A stretch of DNA of 64,000 nucleotides from Octopus vulgaris (lineage: Eukaryota). Both the position numbers and the translations under genes were made by a program. Position 1 is the stretch's first letter. Every line of letters begins with the position of its first letter. The DNA is taken from positions 98,270,001-98,334,000 of the forward strand of contig OX597815.1 of the NCBI GenBank assembly GCA_951406725.2, in the 5' to 3' direction. This document shows, piece by piece, positions 53,513 through 64,000 of this stretch. A model generated the notes under the pieces. The model saw only the letters and a list, made by a program, of their open reading frames with translations. It was not told the DNA's origin and ran no database searches.

Positions 53513-55429
53513 ATATACATACATGCATACATACATACATACATACATACATACATACATACATACATACATACATACCTACATACACACACAAACACAC
53601 GCACACACACATATATATATATATTTATATATAAATGTATGTATACACACATATATACATGTCTATATATATATGTACGTATATGTATGTATATATATAA
53701 GTGTGCACGTACATATATATATATGTATATATATATATCAATGTATAATATGTATGTATATATATGTATAGATATATATATATCTATGTATATATATATG
53801 TGTTTAAGTATGTATATATATTTATATATATATATGTGCGTGTGTGTGTGTGTGTATATAGAAAATTTATGAGTTAGAGGCTATGCAACAGTCCAAGGTA
53901 TAAATGTATCCGTAAGCACTACTTGTGTATTACCTCACTATGTATAGGCCTTGTATTTAGGTTAACAGAAGTTGGTAATTTAAATGGTAAAAACTATGGT
54001 TTAATATATTCAGATAAGAAAAGAAATGGAGCAACAATTAACAATTAGAAGTTGATCATTGGTATTAAACTGTCATAGTTTGATTGTAGTTCAAGTACTT
54101 TTAAGGCTGTTTCACTTTGTTATTTCGAAGTAAATTTGCATTTATCTCGTTCCACTTAACAATCATCGTCAGAATGATTTAGAGTTTATATCGGAGGAAT
54201 ATAGAAAGGAGAAAAAGTGGAAATGAAAGGAAAAAGAAAAAGTTCGTTAAATCTTTAGGCTTACATTTTTGTGCCATTTTTGCGTTCCACGTGTGTTCAG
54301 TTAGAATGGAGCAAATGTGGGGAAAGTGACTAGTTGACCGGTGGTGTTAGTCGAAGGAGTTATACCTGGTAGTAATATCTGGTGTTGTTAATTGTAATAT
54401 ATAACAGTGTTTGTGACCGTTTGCTAATTCCCTATGATTACAAATAATGCCCTTGTTAAAAACTAAGCATGCTTTTAAAAAGTTAGTGCGATATAATGTA
54501 TAAATTTGGGTTACGTAAAATATATAATAATAAATATATAAATAAAAAATGACATGTTAAGTGTGGCGCGGGCTATCTACTCATTAATATAATCAAAAAC
54601 CAATAGTGCCGGATAGGATAAGCTAAATCGCCCATTAAATCATGCTTATGTTAGTTGGCCGCCCTAGCAATTGGTATGTTAGTCAGTGATCTAACTTTAA
54701 AGTGAATATATTATAGAGAATTATATGTCTTGGTGTACATCGTAGATTTAAGATAGATAATTCAATTAATCGGGTAATTTAATTTAATTTAATTTAATTT
54801 AATTTAATTGTGATGTTAAATTATGCACTGTGGTAAGAGGAGGATTAGAAGATTTAATCAGATGTTAGGCAGGTCAGCTAATAATCTGTTATGAATGTAT
54901 TAGCAGTATTTAAAGTATAAGAATTTATCTTTATGTAAACATGTTAATTTTTATCGTCTCGTTTATTAAGTAATTCTGATTTGGCCAATATAATGAAGAA
55001 TTTCTCATTTATGCATGATTACAGCGATTATTTTTAAAGTTATATGAAGATGTTTTGGCTAGGATACACCATTCTTCTTATGCTTTTATTGCCCACAAGG
55101 GGCTTGACATAGAGGTGATAAATAGGTGGTGATAAATCTACTGACGGATTAATTATAACCAACAAAAGCAAACACAATAACAATATCTAATACAATAAGT
55201 AGGCTACAATATGATGGATATGCATGTTAGAAAAAGCAGTGAACTTGCCTTCAAAAATCGCACCTTAGATATAAAAGAATATGCATTTCCAGATACAATA
55301 TTAATGCAACTAAGAGTATTTGATATGGAGCTACACTCCACAGTACCGCCACCACAACAACAATAACAACAAAAATAACAACACATAAACAACAAAATAA
55401 CCTCAACAATAATTATAATGTTTTCAAAA

Positions 55430-55640
55430 TTTTTCCCTAGGTCGGCAATTTAGGGGGATGGGAGGTGGATAAATCGATACCATCACCTCCAGTGTTCAAC
55501 TGGTACTTATTTTATCGACTCCAAAAAGGGTGAAAGGCAAAGTCAACTTCAGAGGCACTTGAACTGAGAATGTAGAAACGGACGGAATGCCGCTAAGCAT
55601 TTTACCCGGTGTGCTAAGGATTTTGCCAGGTCGCTGCCTT
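55430..55640 (-). mobile_element. Diverged SINE family B
   Basis: TGGTACTTATTTTATCGAC..GAAAGGCAAAGTCAAC..GCTAAGCATTT. Confidence 0.75.
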
Positions 55641-56098
55641 AACAACAACAACAACAACAATAATAATAACAATAATAAACAGCAACAACAACTACAAGTT
55701 GGGAAGTAATAGTCCATTCTGAATGTTAGTGAAGAAAGAATGATATGGACTGATCCCTATTAGGACAATGGGTCATTTGTGTAAAAGCAGTAATATAATG
55801 AAGAGAGGAGCATTTAAACTCCGTGGATATGACTTCTGGTGCTATAATAAAGCTGTAGGGTCTCGGTGTAGATTGGAGGCAAATTTGCGCCAGTAGGGAG
55901 GAAAGGGTTATACACGATGTGGGTAAAAGATAATAAAATGTAAATGTGTTTTAGAGAGAGAGAGGGGGTGGGAAGGCAATGAGAGGAGGGGAAGAAGAAG
56001 AAGAAGAAGAAGAAGAATATTGCAGTTGATTTCAGTTATCGCCAACTAGAGGGAGACCGTAGAACATACATACATGTGCACATACATACATACATACA

Positions 56099-56132
<34 letters not shown>

Positions 56133-56941
56133 CATACATACATACATACATACATACATACATACATACATACATACATACATACTTACATACATACATT
56201 CAGGCTACCAAAACATACACAACTCCGACACACAGGCACACATATACAAAGGAAGAGTGAAAGAGAGAGAGAAACCAAGAACGATATATTGACGTGTAAC
56301 TGGCGAAAAAAAAATGGAGGAACGGATGCCTGTAATTAAGTGTGATGGCTTATAATATACGGAAAGACGGAAGATGGTGGTGAGCGAGCATACAAGAAGC
56401 ATTATAGATTATTAAGTTATTATGTAAGACAGGAGCCAAATGATTGGTCAACACTCATAGAAGAAAGTGGACATGGTGTCATAATATTTATAAAGGAAAA
56501 GAATGGATTCGTTTCTCCATCCCATTAACTTGTAAATCACAGCTTTGCTAATAACGTGTGACTTCGAGTATTTATTGAAATTTCAGCTCTGTCCCGTATA
56601 TTCAACGACAGACTGGCTTCTGATACTTAAGTAAATGTATATATTTGCAGTGTGTTATCAATTATATTTCTTAGTGAGAATATTATAGTTCTTACTGTCT
56701 CTAGTCAAACTCCCAAACAGACACGTTATGCCCGTTAGGTATATATAGATTGTCGCATTTCGTATCCCTGTTAGAAGAATTTCCAAGAGAAAAATTAACC
56801 TGCTCAGTTGATCTCTCTCTCTCTCTCTCTTCCTCCTCTCTGTTTCTGTCTCTTCCTCTCGCTCTATTACACACACACACATACACACACGCGCGCACGC
56901 ACACACTCATCTCATTCTCCCTTTCTGTGTGTGTATACATT

Positions 56942-56979
<38 letters not shown>

Positions 56980-57001
56980 TAAATAGATAGATAGATAGAT
57001 T

Positions 57002-57058
<57 letters not shown>

Positions 57059-57284
57059 GGATAGTTAGATACGTACATACATACATATATATAAATATGT
57101 GTGTATGTATGTGTTTGTGTATGCGTGTGTATATACGTATGTACACACACACACACACACATACACATATACATATTTCTGTGTCCTTCTGTGTCTATAC
57201 GTACGCTTGTGTGTACGTATTATACAAAGATAGAAAAGATGAAGCAGAGCAGCACCAGCGCCGCGCCAGCAACAGTAGCAACAG

Positions 57285-57309
57285 CGGTAGTAGTAGTAGT
57301 AGTAGTAGC

Positions 57310-57344
<35 letters not shown>

Positions 57345-57371
57345 CAGCAGCAGTAGCACTAGTAGTGGTAT

Positions 57372-57402
<31 letters not shown>

Positions 57403-57409
57403 TGTGGTG

Positions 57410-57445
<36 letters not shown>

Positions 57446-57565
57446 GAAGAAGAAGAAGAAGAAGAAGAAGAAGAAGAAGAAGAAGAAAAGAAGAAGAAGA
57501 AGAAGAAGAAGAAGAAGAAGAAGAAGAAGAAGAAGAAGAAGAAGAAGAAGAAGAAGAAGAAGAAT
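57285..57565. repeat. (AGT)n-(AAG)n compound microsatellite
   Basis: Directly visible. Confidence 0.95.
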
Positions 57566-57961
57566 GAGGAAATACAGGCCTGATTTAATTCTCAGACATA
57601 TGGAAATAATTTGTCTAAGAGAAATTACGGGTAAAAGAAAAATTAAAATGTTGGAATGAGGTGAAATAGCCCACGTCTCCTCATAGATATACGTATATAT
57701 AATTATATACACACAGGCAAAATGAAGTACACGCGCGCGCGCCACACACACACATATAGTTGATTAGGGAAACGGAAGATGGATTTAGTACGAATTTTTA
57801 TTCGGCACGACGACCGTTTCGACCCATCCTGTAGCTGTCCCTTAGGGGTAAGATATTGTGCATCTATTCGTCTTGTACCAATCATTTCAGGCGCTTGGTG
57901 TAAAAATAGATATCCCACTAGATATATTAAGGTCTCCTTGGCATGCTGTTCTCGCTCGTTG

Positions 57962-58330
57962 TACTTTTATATAAAATCCGTTCTGCCTGTCTGTGTGTGT
58001 CTTCTAGGATCTCGGACATTCTCCATCCGATTGCGCTCAAATTTGATATGTAGATACCGATGGTATCAGGGCGTGTATAAGTCTTGAAAAAAATTACAAA
58101 AATCGATTCCAGGCGAGAATGCTATCGATAAAGCCGTGGGAACGTGCATTTGTACGCGCAAGTACATCAGCTGTTGCGATCGTTACTACGCGTACGCGAG
58201 AAAAATGCACAGTGTGTCAAATTTAGGTTAAATCGGTGTTTCGCAAAGCGGGGGCCTACGGGACAGTCGGACAAGTTGTTTTGGGAAAATTTGGTTTAAA
58301 TATTTGACAACTCAGCACCGTCCATTGGAC
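57962..58330 (+). mobile_element. Non-autonomous Helitron-like repeat, 5' portion
   Basis: TTTATATAAAATCCGTTCTG-(TG)n-CCGATTGCGCTCAAATTT start. Second copy at 4244-4935. Confidence 0.55.
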
Positions 58331-58371
58331 GGGGGGGGGGTTGTTCGTATATATATATATATATATATATA

Positions 58372-58428
<57 letters not shown>

Positions 58429-58769
58429 ATACATACATACATGCATACATAAATACATAGCTGCCATGCACGCATGTATATTGCTTCTTCATACTTCTTT
58501 CCTGAAATTTTAACATTAGTCAACCCAACGCTATAATGGAAGCCACATGCCCATGACTACGAGTTGTGAGATCAAACTCGGAGCAGCTTGTATATCTATA
58601 GTCCCTATATAATCTCTTATTTATATCTATCGAATAGCATTGTCTCTAGATTCGGACATCACAGAGGGCGCTGCACAGTTCGTGTAGTTAAAGGGGCGTT
58701 GTTTATATCGTTGCGGTAATGTGTAACATCAGGTCACAATGCAGCAGATAATTAAATTTAGAAATTAAG

Positions 58770-59686
58770 GGGTTAAGTCGATTACATTTACGCCAGTACT
58801 CAAACAGTACTTAATTTATCGACCCCGAAAGGATGAAAGGCAAAGTCAACTTCGGCAGAATTTGAACACAGAACATATCTGTTTCTTTATTGCCCACAAG
58901 GGGCTAAACATAGAGGGGAGAAACTAGGACAGACAAATGGATTAAGTTGATTACATCGACCCCAGTGCGTAACTGGTACTTAATTTATCGACCCCGAAAT
59001 TTATCGAACTATCATGAACATATCGACAGGCAAAATACCGCTTAGTATTTCGTCCAGCATGCTAACGATTTTGCCAGCTCGCCGCCTAATAATAATAATA
59101 ATAGTCGTTTCTACTGGAGGTACAAGGCCTCAGATTTGTGAGAAAGGGATTAGTTGATTACATCGATCGCAGTGTTTCACTAGTACTTAATTTATCGACC
59201 CCGAAAGGATGCAAAGCAAGTTGACCTCGGCAGAATTTCAGCTCAGAACGAAGAGACGGGCGAAATATTGCTTAGCGTTTCGTTCAGCGTGCTAACGATT
59301 CTGCCAGCTCACCGGCTTAGTAATCTACTATAATGATACTGTCGTGTGTTTTTCTGTTACAACATATGTATGAGAACGGAAGGGGAGATAGATGAATAAG
59401 AAAGGGGTGATGGTAAGCATGGTAGTGGATAATGGAAGTTCTACGCTAAAAAAATCAAACAGCGTTTCAACTCTGCGTAAGTATGTGTGTATTTATAAAA
59501 GCGAGTCATGTGAATGTTTGTGTGTGTGTGTGTGTGTGTGTGTACGTGCGTGTGTGCGTGCATGTGTGTACGTGCGTGTGTGCGTGCATGTGTATGTGCG
59601 TACAATGGAAATGGGAAGGTGAACATTCAACCCTGAAAAGAAAAACGAAACAGCGTTTCAACACCGTGTGAGTATGTGTGTGTGTG

Positions 59687-59717
<31 letters not shown>

Positions 59718-60190
59718 CTGTGTCGGTGCGTGTACAAGGGAAGTATGTGAATGTTTGTATGTGTGATTATTATGTACATTTTTTTATACATAAAATACTA
59801 CAATTAGCCGTCACTTTTGACGGCACGGGACCAGCTAGTTTATATATAAAATTCTACAATGAACTATCATGATAATAATAATGGTTTCAAAGGTTGCCAC
59901 AAGGGCAGCAATTTTGCAGAAGGGGATGAGTTGATTACATCGACCCCAGTGTTCAACTGGTACTTAAACATTTCGTCCAGCGTGTTAACGATTCAGCCAG
60001 CACACCGCCTTAATAATGATAACAATAACAATCCTTTCTATTATAAGAACAAGACCTGAAATTTAAGGGGAGGGAACTAGTCGATTACATCAACCGCAGT
60101 GTTTCACTGGTACATAATTTCTTAATTCATTGACCCCGAAAGGATGAAAGTCAAAGTCAACCTCGGCGGATTTGAACTCAGAATTTAGCG
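58770..60190 (-). mobile_element. Cluster of SINE family B copies and fragments (58770-59086, 59100-59317, 59890-60010, 60030-60190)
   Basis: Repeated TTTATCGACCCCGAAAGGATG and GCCAGCTC.CCG.CT blocks, all in the same orientation. Confidence 0.8.
59807..59838 (+). mobile_element. Helitron 3' terminus
   Basis: Hairpin GCCGTCA-CTTT-TGACGGC, 10 nt, then CTAG followed by T. Confidence 0.75.
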
Positions 60191-61832
60191 TTGCCATAAT
60201 AATGATGATATTGATATTTATTACATTTTTTACAGTCACTAATATTCATGGTAACAGCTAAAAGAATGTAAACAGGAACGTCAGAAAAAAAGAAAATATA
60301 TTTTTTTAATCGCCAGAAAAGCGACGGACGAGTTACCAAATGATGATGATGATGATGATGACATTAATAAACTGTTTCATGATAATCAGAAGGCATGTTC
60401 GTGTCCAAATCATATATGTCCGTAGGCATAAATCTACAGAGTAAAAATAAACTTTTGTCAGACAAAAATACAGTGGGTAAAAAAAAAAAAATGTCTAGAT
60501 AAAACTTAAGTTTTGAAACCGAATATTTATTTATTTATTCATTTACAGCGAAACTTATTGCTTGGATTTAAAGTATTGAAATTAATCGAGTTTTTGATAA
60601 AATAGTTTATGGCAATTAATGTTTAAATGTCATATATTAACCATGTATTGTTTTATAAAGACTGCCTTCATCTCGACTAGAGCAGAATGGCTAAATCTCC
60701 AGGCGCCTAATAATATTCTTAGTAATGTTCTACTTGTTATTTCTAGTCGTGAACTGGAAGTGTAGCAGACAAGCACGCTCTGATCGAGTGAGGAAATTCA
60801 ATAAGAAAGGTAAAGTATAAAAGCCTCGAGAACTCATCAGTTCTACCTGTATTACAGGTACAGACTGCTTCCAATAAATATAGACATCCCATAAATGTAG
60901 ACATCGACAAACCGCACCGTCTCATCCAGATTGTATCTAGACAGTGTATTTGACAGAGAGAGTATAGACATCGCCAGTTTCAGCTGTGATCGGTAAAATC
61001 AGTTGTGAACGGTAAAATCAACCAAAGTAGGACACGTGTAAAGAGGCCTGGTATTGGTACGTCGTGTCTGGTGCAGAAAACGTACAGCCACTACATTAGC
61101 AAATTAGTTAAGTGGTAGTTAACAATGGTGATCGTCAACAACTAATAGCCTGTCCCTCCGAAAGTAGCAATTGGAGTAGAATTGACAAATTATAACAAAA
61201 TATTAAATAGTGGGAATTGGCAAATCAGAATGAACAATTGGAAAAGGTATCAAGATTAAGGTGATAACAGCAAAAGACTACGACGGACCATTACTTCGAC
61301 AAGAAACATGGAGGTCGTGCAGTAGAAGGTGAAGCGCGATGTGTGTTTGTGCGGTTAGAAGTATGATATGATGGCTTTAAATCCATAAGAGATGAGCCGG
61401 CATCTGTAGAATTTAGTGTCTACGTTGAAAGCCCAGCGAGAGTCCCAGACTGAAAAAGTGCATTTTGGAAAATGGATAATAGCAGGCGCAATACGACCAT
61501 ATATAACATGGTTTGGAAGGCCTACCTTATGAAAGTAATAAATGCATATCAGAATTTTCCATTCTATTGATAGAAGTCTAATTCTATTAGTGTCAAACTG
61601 TAAACATTCCCAGTTGTGTTAGTCTCTAGATGCACTGGTGCTGCTGAAGAAAGGCGTGAGAAAATGTTCTTCATCAACATTTTCCGGTCAGTGTCTCTGC
61701 AGAATGACCAGTGGTAATTAATTCAACAACGTAGATAAATACAAGTATATTAAATACCACACAATATAAATTTGTGATTTATCAAAACTATCTCTAGCTC
61801 TAAAGGATGTATCATAATAATTACCAACTAAA

Positions 61833-61898
61833 AGATTCAGAGCAGCTCCACTGCAGATTCAGAGCAGCTCCACTGCAGATTCAGAGCAGCTCCACTAC
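61833..61898. repeat. 22-bp minisatellite x3 (AGATTCAGAGCAGCTCCACTGC)
   Basis: Directly visible, with no spacers. Confidence 0.95.
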
Positions 61899-62177
61899 AG
61901 AAGGGGAGATAATCTCAAGACTCAAGAATTTCTCTGAGTCATACTGTCAGGGGAAAGGAAAGATATTGTCTGAAGATAAATTGACAGATCTGAACACTTG
62001 TTTCTGGTTTAGTAACCGTGGTCATCACATCAATTGTTTAAATTATCTCTTGCAACCATGGGTTATACAAAACAACAATGATTTATATAAAACAGAGAAT
62101 TACAGCCATGGCTTATACAAAACAGAGAATTACTATTTTTAATTCTCACAACGTGAGATATTTAGCAGCAGAACTTT

Positions 62178-62425
62178 TTAGTAAAGATTGTTTACCAACA
62201 TAACATGGCAGTCCTGGTTTAGGACGAATGTTGCTGTAATTTAGATCCAGGAGACATCGTCTCCAGCCGACTATACGACACGATCTGTGTCCTTATATTT
62301 TCGAAAATATAAGGACACAAATCGTGTCGTATCGCCAGCTGAAGTCGATGTCTCCTGGGGCTAAATTACAGCAACATTCGTCCTAAACCATGACTGCCAT
62401 GTTATTTTGGCAATCTTTTATACAA
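62178..62425. repeat. Spacerless ~250-bp palindrome related to the hammerhead repeat family
   Basis: Centre TGTGTCCTTATATTTTC|GAAAATATAAGGACACA at 62302/62303. Arms resemble 22830-22910. Confidence 0.85.
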
Positions 62426-62569
62426 AACAGTTGGTCAAAAATATTTCTACGCTACTATATATATGTGTGTGTGTGTGTGTGTGTATGTGTACTTGTGTGT
62501 TTATATATGTATTATGTATGTATGTACGTGTATGTGCGTGTGAGTGTGTGTATGCTTTTATTCCTTCAT

Positions 62570-63418
62570 TATTTTAATTGTTTCAGTCATTTTGACTGCG
62601 GCCATGCTGGAGCAACGCCTTAAAGGGTTTTAGTCAGAGAAATCGACCCCAGTACTTTGCGAGCCTAGTACTTATTCTATCGGCCTCCTTTGCCGAACCA
62701 CCGAGTTATGGAGATATAAACACAACACTTTTGGTTGTCAAGCGATGGCGAGTGGATGGACAAATACAGACAGACACATAAATACATTAAATACATTACA
62801 TACATATATATATATATATATAGGTGCAGGAGTGGCTGTGTGATAAGTAGCTTGTTTACCAACCACATGGTTCCGGATTCAGTCCCACTGCGTGGCACCA
62901 TGGGCAAGTGTCTTCTACTATAGCCTCGGGCCGACCAAAGCCTTGTGAGTGGAATTGGTAGACGGAAACTGAAAGAAGCCCGTCGTATATATGTATATAT
63001 ATATATGCATGTGTGTGTTTGAGTGTCTGTGTTTGTCCCCCTAGCATTGCTTGACAACCGATGCTGGTCTGTTTATGTCCACGTTACTTAGCGGTTCGGC
63101 AAAAGAAACCGATAAAATAAGTACTGGGCTTACAAAAGAATAAGTCCCGGGGTCGAGTTGCTCGATTAAAGGCGGTGCTCCAGCATGACCGCAGTCAAAT
63201 GACTGAAACAAGTAAAAGAAAAAGAGTATATATATGTATATATATAAAGAGAGAGATAGATAACAGTCTTCACTCTGTTTCCGTCTACCAAATCCACTCA
63301 TAAGACTTTGGTCATCCCGAAGCTATACTTAGAAGACACTTGCCCAAGGTGCCACACAGTGGGGCTGAACCCGAGTACATGTGGTTGGGAATTAATCTTC
63401 ATACCACACAGCCACTAT
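62570..63418. mobile_element. SINE family A cluster: 3' half (-) 62570-62790, full copy (+) 62822-63228, 5' half (-) 63270-63418
   Basis: Direct matches to the family A head, body and tail. Confidence 0.85.
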
Positions 63419-64000
63419 CATTTTTCATATATCAATACTTATTGTCGAAATATCATGACACACATATGTTATATTTCATCAAGGCAGAAGTCTCCAGCAA
63501 TTTTTCGATATATTTATATGTTAAGCGTGGTAATTTATGAAAGAAACACCCATTCCTACGATAATCGATAAAATCGAAAATAGCCTACTTCTTCACTGAT
63601 CTATATCCTCTAAAAACAAATCTTTTATTTTATATTACTGATAGCATGTCAACGGTCCCCTCCCATGTTTACTATCTGAATTGAAATCTTTCCTAAACAC
63701 TTTTCTCTCATAGAAACCATTTCACATATCTGACCTTAGTTATATATCACTTTTGCTGCTTCAAATGATCAGCTAACTGCAACTACACATAGCTGCCTAC
63801 TTATAACCTGATCCCTTCTTTATTTAATTATTTAGAAAAATGAAACCCTAAGTCACCTAAACATGTCACATGTATGTATACAAGACTATCCTCTTCAATG
63901 GCATTATTTGCCTCTCTGTACACAAAATATGTTTCAGAAACCCATATACTATAAACACCACTAAAGAATATCAAAAATACTTAGACTAGCATTTTAAGAT

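Noticed and set aside
54050-54450. Possible second PLE endonuclease relic (LTEHTWNAK on the minus strand)
   Set aside because: A single short motif; the diagnostic Cys/His pattern could not be recovered.
61833-61898. 22-bp repeats as a CRISPR array
   Set aside because: Head-to-tail units with no spacers, eukaryotic context and no cas genes.

Overview
AT-rich, microsatellite-saturated eukaryotic DNA, mostly intronic or intergenic, with a 100-N assembly gap at 36918-37017. The repeat families look like those of an octopod cephalopod; this is recognition, not a database result. Almost all ORFs in the supplied track are microsatellite artefacts, and no complete protein-coding gene is visible. 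The window contains four tRNA-derived SINE families in many copies, two mariner derivatives (one a foldback made of two 5' ends), hAT-, Tc/mariner- and GG-ended MITEs (two carrying telomeric repeats), Helitron pieces, fragments of R4-like RLE LINEs and CR1-like LINEs, and a Penelope-like GIY-YIG remnant. The most notable signal is a set of minimal type I hammerhead ribozyme motifs in several unrelated short repeats. They include an intact canonical one at 41175-41266 (-), a ~360-bp tandem/inverted retrozyme-like family whose stem I covaries between copies, and a tRNA-headed hammerhead element inserted as an inverted pair. There are also three candidate minus-strand exons (an ATG-terminated exon, a 12-nt microexon and a 55-nt exon) and a candidate + strand core promoter near 2.2-2.4 kb.
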